From NCBI RefSeq assembly GCF_009914755.1, contig NC_060930.1: DNA of 64,000 nucleotides. The stretch is one strand, 5' to 3'. A program made the translations under genes and the position numbers. Below, piece by piece: positions 40,630 through 53,599 of the stretch (positions are counted from its first letter, which is position 1; the number at the start of each line of letters is the position of its first letter). The notes under the pieces were generated by a model, which saw only the letters and a program-made list of their open reading frames with translations, made no database searches and was not told where the DNA came from. The DNA comes from the human T2T-CHM13v2.0 reference genome, Homo sapiens.

Positions 40630-41010
40630 TCCACATAATTGTCCTGGAGATGAGAAATTAGGCCAGTTATGACCAAGAGCATCTAATTCCTAGACTTTCA
40701 CATTAGCAGTCATGGAAGCCTGTAGATTCTCACAGGGACTGGATTTGAACTTGAAAATGTGTCTTCCCCAGTTGAGGGCAGCCTTCTTGTAAGCAGAAAG
40801 GGAAAGCCTGAATAGAAATTAAATCCACACAGGGAAGAGAGAGAGACTGACTAAATCCTCAATTATATCATTCAGCCTCTGTATTCAATTGTGCCTGAAG
40901 CCTCATCTGTAATGAGACAGTTCAGATACCTGAGACCTGTAGCTCCTGTTTTTTAATTAAGAAAATACAAACTTGGCTTTCTGTCTCTTGCAACCAAAAG
41001 AATCCTGTCA
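40630..41010 (+). mobile_element. Old MLT1K/L-type LTR, 3' part
   Basis: tgtgcctgaagcc...ttggctttctgtctcttgcaaccaaaagaatcctg. Confidence 0.65.
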
Positions 41011-42403
41011 GGGCCCAACTCCCAGAAGAATTTATGTCCTGACCATCCACAAGGGCAGGCAATTTCTAACATTCTAAAAGCAGGTCTAAGCCAGTTTTTG
41101 AACTTGTTCTTTCAAAACATCTCCTAGGTTATGCTTTTTAAATATGCACCACCTCAGTGGGAGAAAAAAATCCACAGGCCAAAGGGTACCAAATTGCTCA
41201 AAGGTTTCCTTCCTGCTTTTAATATCTTAGATGTGACCCTTGCTTCCCCTTCTTCTCTTAGAGATGAAAGAGTTCATGGAAATGCCAGGCACGCTGCTGT
41301 CATTTGGAAATGACAGCCAGCCAAGAGAAGGTTAATGCTCTCATCAAAAATGCCCATCTTCCAAGTTGGTTAAATGGGTCTTTCTGGTTCGCCTGACTGC
41401 TTGCTCCTTTCCCAGATAGCTCAGCATCTCAATGAAGTGCTCTTGCAATTTAGCTTTGCCCAAGTGCAACGAATGTCCAGGGTTTCCTACGGGTCCCAGG
41501 TTTAACAAAACTCAGCCACGAATCTGCCCAGAACGTGCCAAAGCACACGGATTAGCCCATGGCCATTGGAAGGACAATCTTCCAGGGACTGTTTTCTACT
41601 TCTGTAGGAACAAGAAGAAAGGGACACGACAGTGGCTTCAAGTAGAATTTGTTCCAAAAAATGAAGGTCCCCACTGCTTGCTTCCCCTCTTTTGACTTAG
41701 CAATCTTGCCATTGTTTCTCCAAGAGCAGCCCACAGGCCATGTGTCTCAGAATTACCTGGGGTGGTATTACAACTGTGGGTCCCTTAGCCCCATTACTAC
41801 CTCTCCCGACTGCCCAAGCCCCACGTTAATTACTTTACTGGAGTTGGAATTAATGTGTTTAATAAAGGTCCTTCTGAACTGGAAATTCAATGACTCTGTC
41901 AAGAAAGGAGGATAACACCTTCTCTGAGAGGCAAGTGTTAAAAATACATGGTTAACAAGATGAGAAAGAAGCTTGCCAGGTGAGAAGAGGGGAGAGTAAA
42001 CTTGACTCAACTACACAGATCTCTTGCTTCAGTTAGCTAATGGCGCCAGCCTCTCAGTGAATGAGACACAGAACCAGGCTATTTTGGGGAATGACTGGGG
42101 AGTGACTGTGGAAGTGGGGAAGAAGCAAAAAGTAACTGCAAAAGGAAAAGGGAGGTACTGTGGCAACTCTTGAGGTCAGCTTCTCACCCCGCCAAAGTTC
42201 TCAGAAGAGCTCAGCTCTGAGAAACAGGCTGAGTGGACAGATTGGGAAAACGTGCATTTATCTCCCTAAGAACTCAGTGCCAGAGTATTCTACATGAGGC
42301 AGGCAGGTGTGGCTATGCAGGTATCCCTTAGTGTCCCAATAGCAGCCCAGTGAGAACCAGAGGGACGCATTCCGTCATTCTTTAGCAAATCTGAAAAGAA
42401 GAA

Positions 42404-42885
42404 TGTATTCATTTTCTATTACGGTTGTAACAAATTACCATAAAGTCAGTGACTTCAAACAACAGAACTTTATTCTCCAGCAGTTCTTGGAGCTGGAAGT
42501 CTGTAAGGAATCTTATGAGGCTAAAATCAACATGTCGATAGGGCTGAATCCTTCTGGAGGCTCCAGGGGAACATCCATTCCTGCCTCTTCAAGCTTCCAG
42601 TGGCTGCCAGCATTGCTTGGCTTGTGGCCGCATCACTGTAATGTCTGCTACCATCATCCAATTGACTTCTCCTCTTCTGTAGTCAAATGGCTCTGTGCCT
42701 CCCTATTATAAGTATACTTGTGGTTACTTTTAGGGCCCACCCAGATAATCCAGGATAATGCTCCCCTTTCAGAGTTCTTGATGTAATCATATCTTCAAAA
42801 TTCATTTTGCTATACAAGGTAACGTTTGCAGGTTCCAAGGGTTCACATGCAAATATCTTTGGGTGCCATTACTCAGCCCTCCACA
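42404..42885 (-). mobile_element. MLT1C/D solo LTR
   Basis: tgtattcattttctattacggttgtaacaaattacca...gggcccacccagataatccaggataat...cagccctccaca. Confidence 0.9.
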
Positions 42886-44864
42886 TCCAGGTTTGGGGGA
42901 TGGGATGCCTGCTGAATGGACTTGTTGGGGGTGGCGCTAGTATAGCATAAGCAATTCTTAGGAAGCTTTTCCAGTCTGCAAGAGCTTGCCCCTCTGCCAT
43001 CTATGGAAGAGCCCATTCAGGCAGCTGAACTGGCCCCATTTCATCTCATAGTCTAGAATCTTTATAAGCCTCGGAATCAAATGCACGAAGGTGACAGTGT
43101 TTGCAGCTTAACTCCTAGGAGTGGAGTCAGGAAGGAACACCCCACCTCCATTCGTTCATGCTGTCCATATTAAAATTTCTTTTGTTCCAGACACACGTGG
43201 CATGGGACGTGGGTTAAAAGGGGAAACGAGGTTGCTAGCCTACTTCACGAATCAGTGAAGAACGCTGCCAAAGTTAAAGCCGTTGACTCAGAGTTTCTCC
43301 CACTGTTGCTTGTCTTCTGAAGTGGAGCTTAATTTGACAGCAATTCTAGGAAGGGGTAAAGAAAAAAATCTGCAAGTTTTCAATGGATGCTCAGAGATGG
43401 ATCTTTCTTTCTATGTGCATGTGCATGAAGGAGATAGCTTAAGACAGTCTGACTTTGTGGTCAGAGTAGGTATTTAATTATGGGGTTTCCTGTATTTTAT
43501 GTATGCCTGCAAGAAGAATTCTTTGTAAATCAATGACAGTAGCCATATGAAAAAATTAGTGATTCTTTCAACTGAATTCCCACAAGGTAAAAGAGTCTAG
43601 TCTAAACACATTTTCTGAAGTTCTGACATCATTTTTTGACTCTACATCATGTTGAAAACTTAAATGGCTATTAGGACAGTTCAGCCCTTGCTGCCTCACC
43701 ATAAGCCAAAATATGAGATGACACATTTTAAGGAGTCTCCTAGGATGCAGTTCCCTAAGTCCCAACATTTTCTGTTTCACATCTGGCTCTGGAATGCATT
43801 GGTTCCAGTACTTCACCCTAGAGGATCTTTCTGCTAAATATCATAGGTAACAGTGAGCACTGATGATCTCGTTACTCCTTTCTCTCTTCTGTCTAACCCA
43901 GAATCCTCTGCAAGGGATTTTTTTTCCCCCAGCACATTCTCTCCGTCTCCCAAAAAGCTAGACCTTACTTCAGCCTGTCTTCTATTTCAGATCTTTCTCC
44001 CTTAGCAAAAACTTTTGGGCCTGGGGTATTTACTTACACAATCAAATAGCCTTATTTGGTTAGTACCAGAATCCCACACTGTAGGATTTCTCGGTAGATT
44101 TTTTTTTTCCTTGGAATCAGCAGCTTTTAGAATTAAACTATTTGAACAAAGTTAGAATAGGAAAAGCTGAGAGGTGGCATAATCCCTTAGTGGTGTTGAC
44201 AAAGAAAAAATAGATATTCTTGGTTGAAGAGGAACAATAGATGTTTAGGAAGACTAGCTTCTTGCTAGTCAGATGAACCATCCTGCAATGTATAATTGCC
44301 TAGGAAAACAACCTGAGGGGAAATGAATTGGAGAGACCAACTCTACCCCTCCAAACTCCTTGACCTTAACCATGTAATCTCTTCAGAATGGCCCCAGCAG
44401 TCCAAAAGGCAAATGGCATGAGCACTTTTCAAATCTATATGCGCATTTTACCTGCCAACAGAGCTATTAGAATTTAATAGGCTCATATCGATGCTCAAGT
44501 GTTTTGCAACACCTATTACAAGGGGTGTTTTCAAAACTAACTTTTCCCCAACCAAAAGCAAGGAAAAGCAACCCATAAGAGAAACAGGAAATGAGCTGCA
44601 CAGGTTTGACTTAAGTGATGTAGGATGGAAGCTCTGAATTGTTGCTGGCGTCATTTAATGGAATTCAGTCTCCGAAAGTCTATTGCCCCGCACAAAGAAA
44701 AGCCTGTTCAGGCCTCCTCTGGGCACTATTAAGTCTAAACCTGGATTATGGGGGACACGGATGGAGACACATGCCCTGGTCTCCCAATTTATAGTGACTC
44801 CTGGCACCTGGAGGCACCAGCCTTCAACTTCACTCACAGCGTGATCCTGAAGCCAACAATTAAT

Positions 44865-44960
44865 GTTCACACCAACAAGGGAGTTGAGGCTTAGGAAACT
44901 GCAACTACTTGCCCAAAGTAAATGGCAAAGTTGGGATTTGAGCACAGGCTGTCTGCCTCC
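44865..44960 (-). mobile_element. MIR fragment
   Basis: tgaggcttagg...acttgcccaaagtaaatggcaaagttgggatttga. Confidence 0.6.
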
Positions 44961-45329
44961 TTTCCTTTGCGAAGGTCTAAAGATAAGTTGGACTGTGCGA
45001 TCACTGAGGTGCCTGCTGGCTCTGTTTCTCTATGATGCTTACGGTTTAAGAAGTGCTGCTTAATTTTGGTTTAGTTACAATTTCTCCCTCTAGCATTTTT
45101 CTTTTCTGTACCATTTCTGCATTCCAAAATGTGCACCCTCTGCCCCTCTGTCTGTCCCTCTCTGTCTCTCTCTCTCTCTTTCTTTCTCCTCATTGGTGAC
45201 TCCCCTTAGACCTTAAGTGAAGCATTTATGCAGAATTAAGCCCACCATTCACAGGATGGAAAAGAGAGAAGACTTGGTGACTTTTGCTTTTGCCTTCTTG
45301 CCCAATGTCTTTGCATCCAGTATCTCTTC

Positions 45330-45465
45330 TCAACCTCCCAGTGACTCCAAGGGGTGGGTCCTATCGTTATCTTTGTCTCACAGGTGAAGAAACTGACCAT
45401 TCCAGACACCACGTGACTAATCAATGGCAGAGGCAGGGTTTTAACCCCATTCTCTGTGACTGGCC
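45330..45465 (-). mobile_element. MIR fragment
   Basis: cacaggtgaagaaactga...tggcagaggcagggttttaaccc. Confidence 0.6.
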
Positions 45466-46275
45466 ATCCTCCTCCTTTCATCTCCACTGCTCTGCCTTTC
45501 TGGCTCTGAGTAGAGCAGAGTTAGGTGTGCACCCTCCCTGACTTGGCGACCAGATCCTGTCCCAGTGCAGCGTGTTTGTGCCAGGCTCCTCCTGGCCAGC
45601 TGCTGTGCCACAAGGTGTTACTTCATTTGGCCGCCCGTCTTCATGGGGAGACCCCAAAGCACATTGGCGCCCTCTGTGCAGTGGGTGTGGCAGTTCCGAA
45701 CACAGCTATCCCTGACCAGATTGACACAGCCCTTCTGTGAATGTACAACAGACATCACGAGGCTTTGGTTGCATATATTGGACAGAGAGCCAGGGTATCA
45801 ATTAGTCACGCCCCCAACAGCCCTGGCCACCTCTGCTACATTCGGTGCTTGAGCTGCCCCAAGAATGCAGAAGGACCGGGCTTCCCTCATCCCACCATGA
45901 ATGACCTCCATGATGCAGGCCAGGCAAACTAAGATGCCACACCGGGGTAGCAGGCCCTGCACTTTCCTCTCCAGCTCAAAGGAAACCCAGAGCATGTTAC
46001 CTGGGCTGGGTGCCAGGAGGACTGCACGGCCAAGCCTCAAGGTCACAGAGACCTCCAAGGCTCACTTCTGACCTACGTTCAAGTGAAGATCAAGAGGTTA
46101 GCTGATGTGACTGGGATGAACAGCAGCTGGCCAAACGACTTGGGATTTATATTTTATTATAAGCTCATACGACCACTCATACAACAAATGAATATTTTTA
46201 ATACATTTTATGCTTATCTTGTGAATAATTCAATTCCACAGTTGTATCTTTTGTAATAAAAGCACTATATGTTAT

Positions 46276-46487
46276 CAGGGATCAGCAAACTTTTTCTATA
46301 AAGGGCTAGTTAGTTAACATATGAGGTTTTATGGGCTGCACACAACCTCTGTAGAATATTGTTTTTCCTTTTTTTTTTTTTTAAAAAAAAAAGTCCTTTT
46401 AAAATATAAAAACCATTCTTAGCTCACAGGCTGTACAAAAACAGGCTGTAACACATTTGGCCTGCAAGCCATAGTTTGCCATTCCCT
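46276..46487. mobile_element. MER58-type hAT MITE
   Basis: Terminal inverted repeats cagggatcagcaaact / agtttgccattcccta; aaaaccattcttagctc. Confidence 0.85.
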
Positions 46488-47304
46488 AAATTCAAATATG
46501 TAAAATATCTTACAACTTTTGTGATTCTATTCCATGATAGCTTAATTTTTTTTTTTAAATGGTTGCCTCAAAAAATGATGTCCATGGCTAGGGTTGAGTC
46601 CACTCTGGCCAGATCCCATGGAAAAGGGCTCATCGTTCATCTTCAATCTGTCTGTCTCCGTCAAGGCTTTACACTCCATGGAAATATAAAGTAATCGGCA
46701 GGAGGAAGATTCAGGAAGAAATGCAGCAACATTAAGCTATGAGTTTTCTTACTGCCTTTGGGTGAAGCTTTGGAAATCACTGATTTTTCTGTTTAGGTTT
46801 CCCCATCTGTCCAATGGGTATAATAACATGGGCATAGATCCTGGGCAGGAACCAGCAGGTCTCTGCTATTCCTGTGGTCTTGCACATTTCTCCTCAGAAA
46901 CTACAAGTTCTGAGACTGCTTTCTATGCTGCAGTTTCTTGGGGAAAGCATTGACTATTTCCTCTGGCAACAGTAGGAAATTATTGAGGAGAAGGTGAGTA
47001 ATACCCGGTCAGCAAACTTCTTCGGAGTCCGAGGAATGGCATCAGCTCTGTGCCTCCTGCACGCCTGGAGCTCTGTGCATTGTGCAGAGGCCTGACGTGA
47101 CCCTGGGTGACCCGTGACTGCAGCAGGTTCCCCTCTGCACTGACCTCTCTCCTCTCAGCTGAGGGAGGGCATTAGAGCCAGCCTCATCACTGAGGTGGCA
47201 AAGAATCCCAGAAGGCCTCGTCCAGCTGCCACGGCTCCTCCAGCCTCCCAGTGGACTCAGAACAGGGCTGCACCCTCAGGAAGGCAGCAAGCCCCCTGCA
47301 AAGC

Positions 47305-47465
47305 AGTGGCCTCTGACCTGGGATGCAGCAGACGTGGGTTCAAGTCCCTGCTCCCCCACTCATCAACGTGTTACCTTGGGAAATGCCTCCATCTCTCTGA
47401 ACCTCACTGGCTAAAATGAAGGCTTTGAACTAAATAATCTCTAAGATGCTTCTGCCTGTAACTTC
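47305..47465 (+). mobile_element. MIR3/MIR
   Basis: gacgtgggttcaagtcc...ccttgggaaatgcctccatctctctgaacctca...aactaaataatctctaag. Confidence 0.7.
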
Positions 47466-47613
47466 CTAAAACCCCTCCCCTGGCCAGCAGATACCCTTAA
47501 TTCCTATTTCCCAGTGAGAACAAAGGGCAGAAAACGTGACCGTGCCCACATTCTCTGCTCCCTAACCCCCTAAACAATCAGCACCTTCTCTCACAATTCT
47601 TTCCCAATTTCAT

Positions 47614-47630
47614 AAAAAGGAAGTGAAATG
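47614..47630 (+). promoter_or_regulatory. PU.1/ETS-IRF composite element (EICE) match
   Basis: AAAAAGGAAGTGAAATG, with GGAAGTGAAA at 47619-47628. Confidence 0.35.
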
Positions 47631-48424
47631 TAGGTTTTTCTGGGGCTAGGTGCCCCCTTCTGCCCCAATTCTATTCTGTGCTACCTCTCCCAGGATCAGA
47701 ATCCACCCATTATTTTCTCCCACCCACAACTCCACCCTCCCTCTCTGTCTGCACCCTTTTCTAGTGTGGAAGTGCATCCCAGGGGCCCCATCCTAAAACC
47801 ACCACCACAGCACACCCTCCCTGACCACTGGCTCTCCCTCAGCTGAGGATCAAGAGCCACCTCCAGCAGGTCTGGTGCATGGCTCTGGACAGCTGTGCCC
47901 CCAAAGCCCAGGGTCCCTTCCTCTGCTGTGAGCAGAGGCCTCTGTGCAGAGCCCCTGTGGAGCGTGCTTGTCCCCCCAGCTCACCACACCCATGCAGAGA
48001 CACATGACCAGAGGGACCTGGTGTCCGTCATTTCTGTCTTGCTCAGAACCTGCCACGGTGCTCCACACACAGTAGACTCAATGCCCTGTGTGCCAAAATA
48101 TCGGGAAAGAAACAGCACCGGGGAAAGAGGAAGAAACAGTCACTTCTGGGAAGCCACACCCTGCCTAGGCTTAAATGCAGGCTCCAAATGCTCCTGCTTG
48201 ATTCCCAAAGGAACTGGGCTCTTTAGTTTTCATCTATTGGGAAATCTGTTGCCAACCCAAAATGCAGGACATGATAGAAAGGGAGGCTTAAATTATTCTT
48301 TTCTTTTCTGGTCAGTTTCCTCTTTCTCTTCCTTCTTAAAAAAAAAAAAAATAGTAATCGGGGGGCACTTGAGAAGCTGGGATTTTAAACCACCCCAGAG
48401 GTCAAACAAATTGCATTTTTGCTA

Positions 48425-48630
48425 CAAAGGGCGAGAGGAGGCGGGGGCGGGGGGGCAGATGGTAAATTGGCTGCCAGGAGACCCTTTGGTGACGTCTTTC
48501 TCGGGACCCCAGCTGGCAAAACTGCTGCAGTGCGAGGGGCAGCCCCTCCGGTGGGCAGATCCAGTCGCAAGTAGAGAAACAAGGCGTGCCAGCAGGAGCC
48601 TCACCAGCCGGGAAATTATTTCCTAATAAA
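48425..48630. promoter_or_regulatory. Candidate GC-box/CCAAT/CRE promoter-like element
   Basis: GGGGCGGGG 48444-48452, CAGATG 48456-48461, ATTGG 48466-48470, TGACGTC 48490-48496; locally retained CpGs. Confidence 0.45.
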
Positions 48631-49266
48631 ACTACAAAGGGAAGGACGATAACTGGGCACTGCTGACAAGTATTGTTGTCTTGTATCAAAATCTCTTTAT
48701 AAACCTGTTTGAAGAACAGAGCTCGGCTTCTCTTTGAAGTCCCAGTTCAAAGCCGTTGACTTGCAGGGTTCCCAGCCACTGTGGGGGATGGCAAGGGAAA
48801 GAGAAGTCAGAAGGAACTTGGCAAACTCTCTGTGCAAATAAATACCTCGGCACTCTGAGGACAATTTTTGGGTTCGAGTTCCTGTTGAGCTCCTAATTAT
48901 CAATAACAACTGAGCCCCCGCCTCTGTGCCAGGCACTTCCTGCCAACTATCTTTTGACATTCCCAGAGGCAGGAGCGTGCATCCTTGAAGGTGCTTCTCC
49001 TCGAGGGTGGGCACTATGAAGGGAGAGGGAGTGTAGCCCACACCCAGAGCGGGGAGTGGCAGTCCTGACTGAGGATAACCCCCATTCTGGAGCTCCCAGC
49101 CACACTGTGTCCCCAACAGCTTGGTGCATCTCATCAGTCCATAACCCTGAGCTCTCTGTATTGGATGCCATGCTCTTCACCTCCCCTCCACATCTGTCTC
49201 GTCTCATCTTTATCCACTACCTTCTCCCCAGTCCCTCTCTCCAAAACAGGTTCACTTGCTCATATT

Positions 49267-49451
49267 TAGTGGTTTTCAAAGTGTGGTCCCTGGTCCAGCA
49301 GCAACTGCATCACTTTGGAAGTTGTTGGAAATGCACATTCTCAGGCCCCACTCCGGACCTACTGAGTCAGAATCTCGAGAGAGGATAGGGCAGCCCTGAG
49401 ATCTGTGTTATCAGAAGTCCTCCAAGGGATTCTGAGGTTTTAGAATCACTG
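49267..49451. mobile_element. MER5A hAT MITE
   Basis: agtggttttcaaagtgtggtccc...gaaatgcacattctcaggcccc...ctactgagtcagaa...agaatcactg. Confidence 0.9.
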
Positions 49452-50229
49452 CTCCAAATCCACACTTAACAAAAAAAGCTGGCCTGAAGCTGGTGTTGTT
49501 TTTTCTAAGATCACAGTATTGGAGTCAGTAGCCAGTTGTTTATACAGGAATGGGTGTCTCAGCAGTAACAGCACGATTCCAGCACTTAATTCAGCTGAGG
49601 TTTAAAAAGATTAATAACTATCATCAGGAGTGTAAGGGGGAAATGTTTTCTTTGAGGAAGGAGGCCTCTGCCTACCCACCCTCCCCTAGCTAGGATGTCT
49701 CCTTGTGAACACACTAGGCCTGATAAAAAGGCTCAACGGTTTATTTTACAACACAAGGTCCTTGGCTTTCTGACCCTTGGAACTGTCAACGCTTACCTCT
49801 AGAACTAGCTGCGAGATCTCTCACAGGGAATACATGAGACAAAAAATAAAGTGAGTCCTCTTGTCTCTCAAGGAGATAAAAGAAGTTTTCAATGTTTTGT
49901 CTTTTGGGTATAAATGCATGTGAAATCCTGTCCACACTTGATAGTTGCTTTTGTGTTCCTTTACGTGCATGTAATTCGGACCATGCCTATCTAATATTAA
50001 AAGAACATTCTCTCTTCCATATTGGCTTGAAGGGGAATTGGTTGGCAGGGTTGTTTTGCTTTTCTAATACAAGGGCAAGGGTTGGTCAATACTCCACACA
50101 GTTCTTTTGCCTCGTCATCTAAACCAAGTTGGGGAACACTGGCTGAAGGTAACTGTCCTCAAACATCTTTCCTCCCGGATGAACACCTCGCAGACCTCAC
50201 ACCAGTGGGTACACCTAGTATGGGTGTCC

Positions 50230-50455
50230 TACATACCCAACTTATACAGCTTTTCCCCTCACCCTCCATTTGCCTTCCTCTGTTATGTTTTTCTTCTTTG
50301 CCTTTACTGCCACCGGACACATTACATATAGAGATGCAGAGGTGTTTGTTTATTGTCCATTTCCCATATTTAGCATGTCAGCTTCAGGAGCCAGCACGGT
50401 GGTCTGTTCATTGCCCTTCCCTCCAAACCCTGAGCTGGCACATTGCAGGCACCTG
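50230..50455 (+). mobile_element. L2 3' fragment
   Basis: tgtttgtttattgtcc...tagcatgtcagcttcaggag...ctggcacattgcaggcac. Confidence 0.55.
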
Positions 50456-50944
50456 ACCTCTTCCCAGATAAAGTCCCTCTTCTCCCTGCCTGCAAAGCCT
50501 ACGCCCTTCCCATTCTGGAAGGGCAGCCCCAGACCACCATGTTCTTAATCTCCTCTGAAACAAGACAGCTTGCCAAACCAAAAGCTGCTCAGTGTGAAGA
50601 GTGTTCCTCGGGCCTGTGACATTAGAATGCTACCCATCGTAAAGTCATCCGGCCACCAGCTTATTGCATATGTAGCTTTCTGACTCATAAAAATATCACC
50701 TTACACGGTAGCTCGTGAACTCGCCGCCGAGGGAGCGGAGGCCGTAGCTTTGGGGCTGCCAGAGAGATGCGGTGGGAAGCAGGAGAAGGCAGGGCATGGA
50801 GACGGGTATCTGTCGGCCCCGGCAGGTCTCCCCTTTGACAGAGAATCCTAGAACCAATGCTCTGCTTCATGCCATGCAAATGAGATGCTGACGAGGTCAT
50901 TGCATTCTGCCAGATGATTATCTCTGACATTTTATTCATAATAA

Positions 50945-51060
50945 TTATAGAGCCTTTCCACCTTCAAAGTGCTTTGCAAACAATAATTAATTAACACTCA
51001 TAACATCCCAGTGAGGTAGCTTAGTATTACTAATTTATCTCTACAGCATATTATTATCCA
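50945..51060 (-). mobile_element. Very old MIR-family (possibly MIR1_Amn) 3' tail
   Basis: tcaaagtgctttgcaaacaataattaattaacactcataacatcccagtgaggtag...tattac resembles the amniote CORE-SINE tail. Confidence 0.5.
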
Positions 51061-51138
51061 TCGTTTCCTCCCTCTCCACAAAAACGGCTCCAGAGCTTCG
51101 GTGCACGGCCAGTTCTCCACCTGCCTTATGTGGAGTGA

Positions 51139-51669
<531 letters not shown>

Positions 51670-51879
51670 TCACCATTCATCCCCTGGTTATTTGGGTTTT
51701 AATGATGCAAATTCGACTTCTCTGAGGGGCGCTTAAAGGAAGGGCCTGACTGAACTCCTCTCTCCTTCCCCACTCCTCATTTTTATCTCCTTTCCTTGTT
51801 GGCTCATAGCGCCCCTCCCTTTCTGGCTCTGCACCCCACAGCCCCTCCCTTTGTTCACTCACTGGTCCCACACCCACCC

Positions 51880-52200
51880 ATCACTGAGGACCCACTATGT
51901 GCTGGCCTCTGGGCTTAGTGCGAGGGTGGGTGGAGGGCTGGTAAAGATAAATGATGACCCAAGCTTACTCTTCTTTGAGGGGTGCCATAGAAAGATTTGA
52001 GAAGCTCTAGGGGATTTCAGAGGCAGCGTTCATTGTAATTCTGACTAAGAGTAGGGAAAGGGGAGGGGTTACAGAAGTCTTCACAAAAGTGAGGACACTT
52101 GAAAGACAAGGGGGATTTTGGGCAGAAAAGAGAGGAGCATCCCAGGTGTAGAAAACAGCATGAACAAGGGAAAAGAGAGGAACAGCATGAACTAGGGAAT
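51880..52200 (-). mobile_element. L2 fragment
   Basis: cactgaggacccactatgtgctgg...gagcatcccaggtgtagaaaacagcatgaacaagg. Confidence 0.6.
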
Positions 52201-52789
52201 GTGAGTGTGGGCTTGGATCACTCAGATAACCCAGCCTCTGATTTCACCTCGAGCTGTCCCCAAGCAGGTACTCCATTACCACCCATTAGAAGGGAGAGGA
52301 GAGAAAATGGGGGGAGAGGAAGAAGGAGAAGGGAGGGGTAAGGCGGAAGGGAGGGGAATGAATGCCACCAGTAGGGAGGGGGCAAAGATTTTACCAGTGA
52401 TAGAGAGAGAGAGCAGGGACAACCCACATCACATGGCAGGCAGCGTTTCTCTCCAAAAATCCCCCCTCAACACTTTGCCCACCTCTGTCAAAGTCCCTTG
52501 GGCACCAACCCCGGGTTATTCTTTTCCTGGGTTCCACAGCCTGCAAGGCCCAAATCCCCAGCCCTGCGAATTTCCCAGGCCCACTCCACTCCTCCTTTTC
52601 TAGGGCGTCCTCTCATTCTGTCACACCCACTGCCTTCTGGGGTGCAGGTGCCCCACAAACAAAAAGAGCCCCAGGCACCAGGATCTTAGCACTCTGGGAG
52701 CAGTCATCATCGGTATCAAATAATTTCTTCCTACCACAAATAACTTTTCAAGTCCTATTTGTGGAATTACAAATAGCCTGGTGTGGTTT

Positions 52790-52837
52790 TGTGTGTGTGT
52801 GTATGTGTGTGCCTGTGTGTGTGTGTGTGTGTGTGTG
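52790..52837. repeat. Interrupted (TG)n microsatellite
   Basis: Direct reading. Confidence 0.95.
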
Positions 52838-52883
52838 CCAGGAGAGTGAACCCTAAGTATCATGCTAAGCAGTTTGGACTGGT

Positions 52884-53337
52884 TTCTTGTTCGTTTCCTG
52901 GGGTCGCTGTAAGAAGGTAACACAGACTGACTGGCCTAAAGGAACAGAAATTGAGTGTCTCACAGTTCTGGAGGCTCAAAGTCCAAAATCAAGATGTAGG
53001 CAGGGCTGGCCCCTTTGGAGGGTTCTGCAGGATACTCTGGTCCATGTCTCTGGCTTCTACTGGCAGCCAGTGACTCGTATGATTCCTTGGCTTGGAGATG
53101 CATCACCCCAATCTCTGCCTCCACCTTCCTGTGGCCTCTCCCCGGGCCTGTGTCTTCACATGGCCTTCCTCCTATAAGGACCTTCCTATTGGATCAGAGT
53201 CCCACCCTCCCTGATAGGACCTCATCTTCACTGATTGCATCGGCAAAGACTATTTCCAAATAAGGCCACATGCTGAGCTACTCGGGGTTAGGACTTCAAT
53301 GCATCTTTTGCCGGGGCAATGTTCAACCCGTGTAACA
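52884..53337 (-). mobile_element. MLT1C-type solo LTR
   Basis: ctcacagttctggaggct...ccttggcttggagatgcatcaccccaatctctgcctcc...ggggttaggacttcaa. Confidence 0.88.
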
Positions 53338-53599
53338 AGGATCACTGCCAGGTTTCTAAGTAAGTCAGGGAGTTGACTGACTAGATCCACTGCTCGTCAG
53401 GAAGGCATCTGCAGCAGCAGCAGTGTGGAGACAGATGGGATGTCAGAGAGACTGGACGGAGACCACCAAGAGGGCTGTGGGGGCTGCTTTAGTTTCCTCA
53501 AAAGCATCTGCATGAATTCAACACCCCTACCCAAACCAATCTTATCTCCTTTCATCTCATCTCGCACATGTCATATTCCAGCACAATTCTAAACATCTT

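Noticed and set aside
45660-45685. CTCF-like AGAGGGCGCCA on the minus strand
   Set aside because: Only the 3' half of the motif matches; not supportable without ChIP data.
47895-48626. Longest ORF (243 aa)
   Set aside because: Starts at GTG, has no recognisable domain, and runs through a poly(A) tract and GC boxes; consistent with a chance ORF in GC-rich DNA.
43272-48761. aaagccgttgact occurs twice (43276 and 48749)
   Set aside because: Dozens of 13-bp matches are expected by chance within 64 kb.
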